Notes under the pieces: model-generated
Databases searched by the model: none
What the model saw: the letters and a program-made list of their open reading frames with translations, nothing else
Told to the model about the DNA's origin: nothing
From: Candidatus Undinarchaeota archaeon
Lineage (GTDB): Archaea; SpSt-1190; JASMDC01
NCBI GenBank assembly: GCA_964519305.1
Contig: CAZFHY010000005.1
Coordinates: forward strand, 64,001 to 128,000
Reading direction: 5' to 3'
DNA: 64,000 nucleotides
Program-made: the position numbers and the translations under genes
Part shown: piece after piece, positions 50,310 through 59,146 of the stretch
Position numbering within the stretch: the first letter of the stretch is position 1
Layout of the letters: each line of letters opens with the position of its first letter

Positions 50310-51082
50310 AGATCATCCTGCGGTCCAAGAACAAGGTCGACAAAATCAATGTCGAGGTCGATGGGATCAACCACCAGCTCTTCGGGATGGCCCTTGCCCA
50401 GATCAAGAAGGTAACCGTCCACCAAGGGAACCAGCAATGCTCATTGGGTGACTTCTTCGATGTGAGCATCGAGGATGCGAAGGGTAAAGGCCGACTGATC
50501 GTGCTCGAAGGCGACGACCTGGGCAGGTTCAAGCGCATCGGCGAGGCCCTCGAAGAGGGTGAGGTCCAGGTGAACGGGGATTGCGGTATGTACTGCGGTT
50601 ACCTTATGTCGGGCGGTAGGATCGTTGTGGAGGGTAACTGCGACGCGTTCTGTGGCATGGACATGACCGGTGGCGAGCTCGTCGTCAAGGGCAATGCATC
50701 GGACTACCTGGGCGCGGCCTACCGCGGTGAGTCCGCGGGCATGAAGGGTGGCAAGATCACCGTGCACGGGAACGCAGGTGTCGAGGTGGGCAGCAGGCTC
50801 GCCGGCGGCATGATCGTCATCAAGGGTGACACTGACCTGTTCACTGGGATCCACATGAAGAAGGGGCTCATCGTCATCGAGGGCACGGCCGGTCTACGAG
50901 TCGGCGCCCAGATGACCGGCGGGACTATCGTTCTCTCTAAGGGAGAGCTTCTGCCCGGGTTCAAGGAAGGTGAACCTGTCAAGGATCCCGATATCGAGGG
51001 CGAGGGATTCAGCGGGGACTACAGAACGTTCGCCGGAGACCTCGTTGAGAACGGAAAGGGGACAGTCCTCCTCAAGGATTGA
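50306..51082 (+). CDS. fwdC: Formylmethanofuran dehydrogenase subunit C
   Basis: GXGXG beta-helix repeats; G.AYRG...GMKGG motif. Confidence 0.96.
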   Translation: MKIILRSKNKVDKINVEVDGINHQLFGMALAQIKKVTVHQGNQQCSLGDFFDVSIEDAKGKGRLIVLEGDDLGRFKRIGEALEEGEVQVNGDCGMYCGYLMSGGRIVVEGNCDAFCGMDMTGGELVVKGNASDYLGAAYRGESAGMKGGKITVHGNAGVEVGSRLAGGMIVIKGDTDLFTGIHMKKGLIVIEGTAGLRVGAQMTGGTIVLSKGELLPGFKEGEPVKDPDIEGEGFSGDYRTFAGDLVENGKGTVLLKD

Positions 51083-51109
51083 TCCGTAGTAATGTAGCGA
51101 GGGGTGACC

Positions 51110-52525
51110 ATGGGAACGAACGACGATATCCTAAAGGAGCTACTAGAGACGGAGCGGCTGAAGTTCTGTTTCCAGTGCGGTGTCTGCACCGCGAGCTGCC
51201 CGATGATGGAGCTGCTCCCTCATCACTATAACCCCCGGAGCCTTCTCCAAGGGCTTCCGTTCGATCCTGAGAAGGTCATGAACGGCAAGGCCATCTGGTT
51301 GTGCGCCTGGTGCTATCGATGTCACCAGCGATGCCCCCAGGGACTGAAGGTGCCCGAGCTCCTTCTGCAGATGAAGGATGCTGCGGCCGAGAGGGGGAAC
51401 CTTGAGGCGTTCAAGGAAGCCCTCGACATCATCAAGAACGAGATGCCCCTGCCCGCGATCTGCACGTACATCTGCTTCAATCCACTTCACGGCCACGTGG
51501 AAAAACCACAGGTCGTCGAAGCTCTCAAGGGTTTCATATCCGAGTATGAACAAATGATCAAAGGGGAAGAACCGCCCCCCATCACACATGACGAGAAGAT
51601 CGCCATCGTCGGTTCCGGTCCTGCAGGGCTCACGGCTGCCTGGGAGCTTGCCGGGAATGGGTATCCCGTCACTATCTTCGAGTGCCTGCCCGAGGCCGGG
51701 GGCATGCCGAGAAGGTGCATACCTGAGTTCAGGCTGCCCTCGAAGGCGCTCGACGCCGACATCCAGCGGATCGAGAACCGGGGTGTGGACATCAGGACTG
51801 GGACCAAATCACCTGAGATCGACGACCTCCTAGAGGAGGGCTATCAGGCGGTGTTCGTCGCCACGGGCCTCCATATGAGCAGAAGGATCGGTATCAAGGG
51901 CGAGGACCTGGAAGGGGTCTACGATGTCCTCGACTTCCTCAGCGGGACGAAAACGGGAACACGGTTCGAGCTCGGGGACAAGGTCGTGGTCATCGGAGGA
52001 GGCAATGTGGCCATGGACGGTGCCCGGGCCGCATTGCGGCTCGGTGCCAAGGAGGTCCATATCGTCTGCGGTGAGTCGCGGGAGGAGATGCCTGCGTTCG
52101 AGCCCGAGATCGAGGAGGCCGTTGAAGAGGGCGTTATCCTCCATCCGGGATGGATGCCCACGCGGATCATTGAGAATGAAGGACGATGTACGGGCGTGGA
52201 GAGCCTGAAGTGTCTGTCGGTGTTCGATCCCAAGGGATTATTCTGCCCGAAGGTCGAGGCCGGAACAGAGTCCGTCGTGGAGGGTGATTCCATTATCGTC
52301 GCCATCGGGATGGGATTGGATCCCGGGGTTCTCAGGGCGTTCAAGCTCGCGGGAAGGGGCACCATCATCGCGGACCCGTTCAGTATGGAGTCGAGCCAGC
52401 CCGGTGTGTTCGCCGGTGGGGACGCCGTGTCGGGACCCGCCTCAGCAATGGAGGCGATCATTGCCGGAAAGCGGGCCGCCACATCGATCGACATGTATCT
52501 CACGGGCAGAGCGGAGGGGAGCTGA
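51110..52525 (+). CDS. Fusion of an HdrC-like 2[4Fe-4S] domain and a GltD/NfnB-type FAD/NAD(P)H oxidoreductase
   Basis: N-terminus CFQCGVCTASCP...YNPR...IWLCAWCYRCHQRCPQG (HdrC signature); then PLPAIC..IC, GSGPAG, IPEFRLP, GGGNVAMD, AGGDAVSGP. Confidence 0.88.
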   Translation: MGTNDDILKELLETERLKFCFQCGVCTASCPMMELLPHHYNPRSLLQGLPFDPEKVMNGKAIWLCAWCYRCHQRCPQGLKVPELLLQMKDAAAERGNLEAFKEALDIIKNEMPLPAICTYICFNPLHGHVEKPQVVEALKGFISEYEQMIKGEEPPPITHDEKIAIVGSGPAGLTAAWELAGNGYPVTIFECLPEAGGMPRRCIPEFRLPSKALDADIQRIENRGVDIRTGTKSPEIDDLLEEGYQAVFVATGLHMSRRIGIKGEDLEGVYDVLDFLSGTKTGTRFELGDKVVVIGGGNVAMDGARAALRLGAKEVHIVCGESREEMPAFEPEIEEAVEEGVILHPGWMPTRIIENEGRCTGVESLKCLSVFDPKGLFCPKVEAGTESVVEGDSIIVAIGMGLDPGVLRAFKLAGRGTIIADPFSMESSQPGVFAGGDAVSGPASAMEAIIAGKRAATSIDMYLTGRAEGS

Positions 52526-52529
52526 TACC

Positions 52530-54971
52530 ATGGTGAAAGGAAAAGCTAGCAAGAAGGCATCAGAGTCCTCCAGTGATGACAGCGAGATACGTGTCGGTGT
52601 GTACGTTTGTCATTGCGGTCTGAACATCGCCGGATCGGTCGACTGCGTGGATGTCGCCAAGTTCGCGGCCACGCTACCGAACGTCGTCGTCGCGAAGGAC
52701 AACAAGTACTGCTGCTCGGACCCTGGGCAGGAGGAGATCAAGAAGGACATAAAGGAGCAGAGATTGAACAGGGTCGTTGTCGCATCCTGCACACCACGCC
52801 TCCATGAGCCCACCTTCCGGAATGCCTGCGAGGATGCAGGACTGAACAAGTACCTGTTCGAGATGGCCAACATCCGGGACCACTGCAGCTGGGTCCACCT
52901 CTATGAGAAGGAGAAGGGTACCCAGAAGGCAAAGGACCTGGTCCGGATGGCCGTGTCCAAGGTCTCCCTGCTCAAGCCCCAGGTGGAGCTCGAAGTGCCC
53001 GTGATAAGGAAGACCCTTGTCGTCGGCGGCGGAGTCGCCGGGCTCCAGGCCGCATTGGACCTCGGTAACGCGGGATACCAGGTATATCTCGTTGAGAAGG
53101 AACCGAGCATCGGGGGCAGAATGGCCCAGATCGATAAGACATTCCCTACTCTGGACTGCTCCATCTGCATCCTTGCACCGGTGATGTCCGACGTCGGTCG
53201 TCACCCGAACATCGAGCTAATGGCCAACAGCGAGGTCGTGAACGTCGCAGGGTACATCGGGAACTTCACGGTGACGGTCAAGAAGAAGCCGTGGTACGTC
53301 GTTGAGTGCAACAGCTGTGGCGACTGCGCCAAGGTCTGCCCGGTCCAGGTCCCCAACAAGTTCGACGCCAACTTCGCCCCACGCAAGGCCATCTACACGC
53401 CCTTCGCCCAGGCCGTCCCATCGTGCTACATCGTCGACATGGACCACTGCATCAGATGTCATGAGTGCGTCAAGGCGTGCAAGGCCTCGGGTGCAGGGGC
53501 CATCGACCTCAGGCAGGAGCCCGAGGAGGTCGAGATCGAGGTGGGCACAGTCATCATCGCCACCGGTGCGGACGTGTACGATCCCTCAGCGTTGAAAGCG
53601 TACGGGTACGGACGGTTCCCGAACGTCATCAGCGCTCTGGAGTTCGAGCGTATGATCAATGCCGGGGGACCTTCCGGCGGCCACCTTATCCGGCCCAGCG
53701 ACCGCGAGATCCCGAAGTCGGTAGCGTTCGTCCAGTGCGTAGGATCGCGCTCTGAGAAGTGCGGCCAGCCGTACTGCAGCAGCGTCTGTTGCATGAACAC
53801 GCTCAAGGACGCCCTGCTCATCAAGGAGCACTGGCCTGACACCAAGATCTACGTGTTCTACGTGGACATGCGTTGCTTCGGCAAGGGGTACGAGGACCTC
53901 TACCGAAGGGCGAAAGCTGCGGGCGTGGTGTTCATCCGCGGACTGCCCGCCGAGATCTTCGAGCGCAAGGGAGGTGACCTGCGTATGGTCGGGGAGAACA
54001 CCCTGCAGAAGGAGCTGTTCAACATCGAGTGCGAGATGGCTATCCTTTCCATTGGTCTGAAACCGGGAGAGGACGCCGATACGATCCAACGTCTCTTCAA
54101 CCTCTCTAGGACCGCGGACGGATTCTTCATGGAGGCGCACCCCCAGCTCAAGCCAGTGGACGCACCCACCGGGGGGATCTTCTTCGCCGGATGCGCCGAG
54201 TCGCCAAAGGCCATCAAGGACAGCGTGACCCAGGCCGGCGCGGCCGCGGCCCATGCGAACATCCTCATGGCAAGGGGGAAGGTGACCGTGGAGGCCATCA
54301 CGCCACAGTTGATCGAGGAGAAGTGCAGGGGCTGTGGCCTCTGCGCCAAGGTCTGCCCCTATAACGCCATCGCATTCGACAAGGAGACGAAGAAAATTTC
54401 AATCATCGAGGCCGCGTGTCATGGCTGCGGTACCTGTGGTGCGGAATGCCCCACGAACGCCCTTGTCATGCGCCACTTCACCGACGAGCAGATTTTCTCA
54501 CAGATCGACGCGGCCACCGCGGAGAACGCTGACAAGAAGATCGTCGCGTTCTGCTGCAACTGGTGCTCCTACGCAGGCGCGGACTTCGCTGGTGTGAGCC
54601 GCATGCAGTACCCGCCCAGCGTGCGCATCATACGGATGATGTGCTCGGGGAGGATGGCCACGAAGTTCATCGAGCGGGCCTTCGCACGAGGGGCCGCTAC
54701 GGTGCTCGTCTCGGGCTGTCACATCGGCGACTGCCACTACATAGACGCCAACCACTATGCCAAGAAACGTGTGGAGCGCTTCTGGAAGCGGATGGACAAG
54801 CTTGGCCTTGACAAGGACCGGTTGCACCTGGGATGGTTCTCTGCTGCCGAGGGAGAGCGGTTCTCCAACAAGATCAAGGAAATGGACGCCATCGTTGGGA
54901 AGGTGACGAAGGCTGAGCTGGACAAGACGAAGAAAGCCTTCGAGAAAGCCCTAGGGGGTGGTGACCGATGA
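52530..54971 (+). CDS. hdrA: Heterodisulfide reductase subunit A fused to MvhD
   Basis: GVYVCHCG.NIAG, ASCTPR.HE.TF, ANIR..CSWVH, GGGVAG, DKTFPT.DCS.CIL, QCVGSR, YCSSVCCM; C-terminal FCCNWCSYAGAD.AG..R.QYP...CSGR...GCHIGDCHY (MvhD). Confidence 0.97.
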   Translation: MVKGKASKKASESSSDDSEIRVGVYVCHCGLNIAGSVDCVDVAKFAATLPNVVVAKDNKYCCSDPGQEEIKKDIKEQRLNRVVVASCTPRLHEPTFRNACEDAGLNKYLFEMANIRDHCSWVHLYEKEKGTQKAKDLVRMAVSKVSLLKPQVELEVPVIRKTLVVGGGVAGLQAALDLGNAGYQVYLVEKEPSIGGRMAQIDKTFPTLDCSICILAPVMSDVGRHPNIELMANSEVVNVAGYIGNFTVTVKKKPWYVVECNSCGDCAKVCPVQVPNKFDANFAPRKAIYTPFAQAVPSCYIVDMDHCIRCHECVKACKASGAGAIDLRQEPEEVEIEVGTVIIATGADVYDPSALKAYGYGRFPNVISALEFERMINAGGPSGGHLIRPSDREIPKSVAFVQCVGSRSEKCGQPYCSSVCCMNTLKDALLIKEHWPDTKIYVFYVDMRCFGKGYEDLYRRAKAAGVVFIRGLPAEIFERKGGDLRMVGENTLQKELFNIECEMAILSIGLKPGEDADTIQRLFNLSRTADGFFMEAHPQLKPVDAPTGGIFFAGCAESPKAIKDSVTQAGAAAAHANILMARGKVTVEAITPQLIEEKCRGCGLCAKVCPYNAIAFDKETKKISIIEAACHGCGTCGAECPTNALVMRHFTDEQIFSQIDAATAENADKKIVAFCCNWCSYAGADFAGVSRMQYPPSVRIIRMMCSGRMATKFIERAFARGAATVLVSGCHIGDCHYIDANHYAKKRVERFWKRMDKLGLDKDRLHLGWFSAAEGERFSNKIKEMDAIVGKVTKAELDKTKKAFEKALGGGDR

Positions 54972-56698
54972 GGTGCATGTTGAACACGGGCAGAACGGTC
55001 GGCCAGGGCATGGCCTTAGAGGTCGGCAAGACATCGGCGGAGTACTACGATGAAGTGGCCGTGGCGTTCATGAACGGGGACGACATGGATGACCTGGGGA
55101 TCGCGGAGAACGCGCCCGTCAAGGCCTCTTCGGGCTCAGGTTCTGTCGTTGTCCGGGCAAGAAAGGGTCAGCTAGATCGCGGCAACGTGTTCATCCCCGT
55201 GGGCCCTTGGGCGAACGCCCTCATCGGTGGTGATACCGGGGGTACTGGTATGCCACGGTTCAAGGGCATGTGGATCGAACTATCCAAGACCGAGGACGGG
55301 CCAACATCACTCAACGACCTTCTCCCGAGCAAGGATGAGATCGTCCAAGCTCCCGACCAGTCCCCTCCCCCCACATCTTCCGATGAGGACGAGCGATCGA
55401 TCGTCACGGACGTGGTCTGTCCATTCTGCGGTTGTCTGTGCGACGACGTGGAGCTCGTGATGACAAAGGGGAAGATCACTGACATCGAGATCGGGTGCGA
55501 CATCACCAGGAGCAGGTTCGTCAACTGGGACCGTGACCGGGCGAAGGCCGCGGTGAGGAAGAAGGGAAAGCTCGTGGAAGTACCCCTCAAGGAGGCTTTG
55601 GACAAGGCCGCCGATATCCTGAAGGGAGCGGACTTCCCATTGATCTACGGACTCAGTTCCACCGAGGTCGACGCTCAGCGGCGTGCCATCGAGCTCGCCG
55701 AGCTGCTCGGAGCGACCATCGACAACACATCCTCCGTATGCCATGGACCGACCGTGGTGGCCGCCCAGGACGTCGGCGTGTCAAAATGCACGCTCGGTGA
55801 GGTACGGAACCGGGCGGACCTGGTGATCTACTGGGGATGCAACCCCGCCGAAGCCCATATCAGGCACATCACACGCTATTCGGGGACACCCGAGGGCATG
55901 TACTCTCCTGATGGAAGGGATGATCGCACAATCGTCCACGTGGACGTAAGGGAGACAAAGACCTCCCAGGTGGATCCCCGATGGAAGTACACCTACCAGC
56001 TGGCGGACCAGTTCATCAAGGTCCGGCAGGGCCAGGACTATGAACTCCTGTCCGCGCTTCGGGCCACGCTCAAAGGGCACGATGTGGGTGACGTTGCAGG
56101 CGTCCCGGCCAGCGCCATCAAGGAGCTGGCCGACCGGATGAAGAGCTGTAAGTTCGGTATCATCTTCTTCGGTCTGGGGCTTACCATGTCCGATGGACGT
56201 CACATGAACGTCAATGCGGCCTTGCGCCTTGTCAGGGACCTGAACGACCATACGAAGTTCACCATCCTCCCCATGCGAGGCCATTACAACGTGACGGGGA
56301 TCAACGCGGTCATGACGTGGACCACAGGCTATCCCTTCGCCGTCAACCTATCACGAGGCTACCCGGTGTACAATCCGGGAGAGTTCTCGGCCGTTGACAT
56401 GCTGGCCCGTAAGGAGTGCGATGCCGCGTTAATCATCGCATCTGACCCCGCCGCTAACTTCCCACGGGAAGCGGTCGAACACCTGTCGAAGATACCCACG
56501 ATCGTCATCGATCCGAAGCTCAACCTCACCTCGCCCATCGCCGATGTCCTGATCCCTTCAGCGATCGCCGGTATCGAATGCGAGGGGACCGCCTACAGAA
56601 TGGACGGCATCCCCATCAGGCTCCGAAAGGTGGTCGAGTCCGACCAGCTGCCTGATAAGGTCGTCCTTGAAAAGCTCATCGAGAGGGTGAGACCATGA
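54968..56698 (+). CDS. fwdB: Formylmethanofuran dehydrogenase D::B fusion (second set)
   Basis: N-terminal D domain (TGRT..QG...E.GK, P.GPWAN, TGMP.FKG); Pro/Ser/Asp linker; B domain (CPFCGCLCDD, SVCHGPT, PMRGHYNV). Confidence 0.95.
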   Translation: MRCMLNTGRTVGQGMALEVGKTSAEYYDEVAVAFMNGDDMDDLGIAENAPVKASSGSGSVVVRARKGQLDRGNVFIPVGPWANALIGGDTGGTGMPRFKGMWIELSKTEDGPTSLNDLLPSKDEIVQAPDQSPPPTSSDEDERSIVTDVVCPFCGCLCDDVELVMTKGKITDIEIGCDITRSRFVNWDRDRAKAAVRKKGKLVEVPLKEALDKAADILKGADFPLIYGLSSTEVDAQRRAIELAELLGATIDNTSSVCHGPTVVAAQDVGVSKCTLGEVRNRADLVIYWGCNPAEAHIRHITRYSGTPEGMYSPDGRDDRTIVHVDVRETKTSQVDPRWKYTYQLADQFIKVRQGQDYELLSALRATLKGHDVGDVAGVPASAIKELADRMKSCKFGIIFFGLGLTMSDGRHMNVNAALRLVRDLNDHTKFTILPMRGHYNVTGINAVMTWTTGYPFAVNLSRGYPVYNPGEFSAVDMLARKECDAALIIASDPAANFPREAVEHLSKIPTIVIDPKLNLTSPIADVLIPSAIAGIECEGTAYRMDGIPIRLRKVVESDQLPDKVVLEKLIERVRP

Positions 56699-58314
56699 GC
56701 CTGATCATAGAGAACGGCACCGTCTACGATCCCGCGAACGGGATCGACGGGGAACGGATGGACATCTTCATCAAGGACGGAAAGATCGTCGAGGAAGCGA
56801 AGGGAAAGGTCATCGATGCCACGGGCCTCATCGTCCTCCCGGGCGGTATGGACATACATACCCACATCGCTGGAGGGAAGGTGAACCTTGGCCGGCTGTT
56901 CAGACCGGAGGACCATCGCAAGGATCCTGTGCCGAGGACCGCGGTCTCGCGTGCGGGGACGGGATACTCGGTCCCGACGACCTACGTGACAGGGTACCGT
57001 TACGCGACCATGGGATACACCACGGTGATGGAACCGGCGATCACCCCGCTCTCGGCCCGTCACACGCACGAGGAGCTGGTCGACACACCCATCCTGGACA
57101 AGGCGGGCTACACCCTCCTTGGTAACAACCACTTCGTCATGCACTACATCAAGGAGGGGGACCGGGAGAATCTCAAGAACACCGTTGCCTGGTTCCTGGG
57201 TGCGTCGAAGGGGTACGCCGTGAAACTTGTGAATCCCGGTGGTGTGGAGAACTGGAAGTGGGGCCGTGACGTGGAGAGCCTCGACGATCCAGTGGACAAC
57301 TACGAGGTCACACCACGGGAGGTGCTCGCAGGTCTCGCCAGAGCGAACGAGGAGCTGGGCCTCCCTCATCCCATCCACGTGCACGCCAACAATCTGGGCA
57401 TGCCCGGTAACTATGAGACCACCATCAAGACCATCGACGCCGTCAAGGAGCGTCTCCATCTCACTCACCTGCAGTTCCAGGCGTACACCGGCGAGGGATG
57501 GAAGGACTTCGGTTCCGGGATGGCCGAAATCGCGAAGCTGATCAACAAGCGCGACAACGTGACCTGCGACATGGGACAGGTGATTTTCGACGACACTACC
57601 ACCATGACCGCTGATGGTCCGGCACAGCACCATCTGTACAAGCTGACGAAGAACAAGTGGTTCAACGCGGACGTCGAGATGGAGACGGGGGCCGGCATAG
57701 TCCCGTACAGGTACTTGGAGAGGAATCCGGTCAACGCAGTGCAGTGGGCCATCGGGCTCGAGGTCGCGCTCATGATCACGGATCCCTGGAAGGTAAGCCT
57801 CACGACCGACCACCCCAACGGCGGTCCTTTCTACCACTACCCGAAAATCATCTCTTGGTTGATGAGCAAGAAGGAGCGAGAGACCACCCTTGGTACGATC
57901 CACAAGGCCGCGGCCGCCAGGGCGGCACTGGCGAGCCTTGACAGGGAGTACTCGCTCTATGAGATCGCAGTGATAACGCGAGCGGCCACTGCCAAGGCTC
58001 TCGGGCTAACAGGGAAGGGGCATCTGGGTGTCGGGGCCGACGCGGACCTGGCCATCTACCGTTTCTCAGAGGACGATATCGAGGGCTCGTTCAAACGCAC
58101 GGTCTACACGATCAAGGACGGAAAGATCGTCGTGAAGAACGGGGCCGTGGTCGACACGCCCGAGGGCAGGACCTATTGGATAGATGCTGGTGGTGAGCTC
58201 ACCGACGAGGACCGTCAGGTGTTCACGAAGTACTACACGATGACACCGGATAACTACCCCGTGCAGGCCGAGTATCTGCCACGAGGGGAAGCTGTTCGAA
58301 CCGGAGGGAGCTAA
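56695..58314 (+). CDS. fwdA: Formylmethanofuran dehydrogenase subunit A (second copy)
   Basis: DIHTHIAG.KVN.GR, KLVNPGG, HVHANNLG, THLQF, TTDHPNGGPF motifs. Confidence 0.97.
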   Translation: MSLIIENGTVYDPANGIDGERMDIFIKDGKIVEEAKGKVIDATGLIVLPGGMDIHTHIAGGKVNLGRLFRPEDHRKDPVPRTAVSRAGTGYSVPTTYVTGYRYATMGYTTVMEPAITPLSARHTHEELVDTPILDKAGYTLLGNNHFVMHYIKEGDRENLKNTVAWFLGASKGYAVKLVNPGGVENWKWGRDVESLDDPVDNYEVTPREVLAGLARANEELGLPHPIHVHANNLGMPGNYETTIKTIDAVKERLHLTHLQFQAYTGEGWKDFGSGMAEIAKLINKRDNVTCDMGQVIFDDTTTMTADGPAQHHLYKLTKNKWFNADVEMETGAGIVPYRYLERNPVNAVQWAIGLEVALMITDPWKVSLTTDHPNGGPFYHYPKIISWLMSKKERETTLGTIHKAAAARAALASLDREYSLYEIAVITRAATAKALGLTGKGHLGVGADADLAIYRFSEDDIEGSFKRTVYTIKDGKIVVKNGAVVDTPEGRTYWIDAGGELTDEDRQVFTKYYTMTPDNYPVQAEYLPRGEAVRTGGS

Positions 58315-58315
58315 G

Positions 58316-59125
58316 ATGGTCGTTCTCAAACCCAAGACCGAGTTCACGGTACCTGTCGAGGCAGAATGTATATCGCCCGATGTCTTCGCTGCACGGCCTG
58401 CAAAGGAGCTGGGAAAGCTCGAAGTGCTGTGGGGGAACAAGCTCAAGCCGCTGAGTGAGCTGTTCGAGATCGATCCATCAGGCAAGCTGGACGAGATCGT
58501 CATCGAGGGCGATGTCAGCGCCGTCAAGCACATCGGAGCACGGATGACCACGGGCCTGATAACCATCCACGGGAACGTCGGGATGCACCTCGGCAGAGAG
58601 ATGGACGGCGGCAGGATCATCGTCCACGGGGATGTCGGGGACTGGCTCGGCGCCGAGATGAAGGACGGCACCATCCAGGTCACTGGAAACGCTGGCCACC
58701 TAGCCGGAGCCGGCTACCGGGGCTCGAAGTCCGGTATGGCGGGCGGCACCATCATCATCGAAGGGAATGCTGGCGATGAGGTCGGGGAGCTGATGTGCGG
58801 CGGTACGATCGCCGTCGCTGGCGATCTGGGGACCTTCGCGGGGACGCTCATGACCGGTGGGACCATCGTGTGCCTCGGTGCTCTTGGCGGGCGGGCTGGG
58901 GGTGCGATGGAAGGTGGTACCATCATCGCCCTCACAACACCGCGGCTGCTCCCCACGTTCATCACACAGGGAGCCGATCGCCCTGCCCACGTAGGGGAGC
59001 TCCTGCAGCAGCTTAAGGGCAACGGATTCCCGCTCGCAGAGGAGCATATCGGAGCGCTCTTTGACAGGTACGAAGGTGATATTGCAGGTAAGGGAAAGGG
59101 CGAGGTCCTCGTCAGGATAGGATGA
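58316..59125 (+). CDS. fwdC: Formylmethanofuran dehydrogenase subunit C (second copy)
   Basis: VP.EAECISPD.FA, GXGXG repeats, GAGYRGS..GM.GG motif. Confidence 0.96.
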   Translation: MVVLKPKTEFTVPVEAECISPDVFAARPAKELGKLEVLWGNKLKPLSELFEIDPSGKLDEIVIEGDVSAVKHIGARMTTGLITIHGNVGMHLGREMDGGRIIVHGDVGDWLGAEMKDGTIQVTGNAGHLAGAGYRGSKSGMAGGTIIIEGNAGDEVGELMCGGTIAVAGDLGTFAGTLMTGGTIVCLGALGGRAGGAMEGGTIIALTTPRLLPTFITQGADRPAHVGELLQQLKGNGFPLAEEHIGALFDRYEGDIAGKGKGEVLVRIG

Positions 59126-59146
59126 CATACCAGGAAGGTTCTCATT

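Noticed and set aside
47264-56698. Selenocysteine or pyrrolysine recoding in FwdB, HdrA or MvhD
   Set aside because: All relevant positions are Cys codons in uninterrupted frames; no in-frame TGA or TAG.
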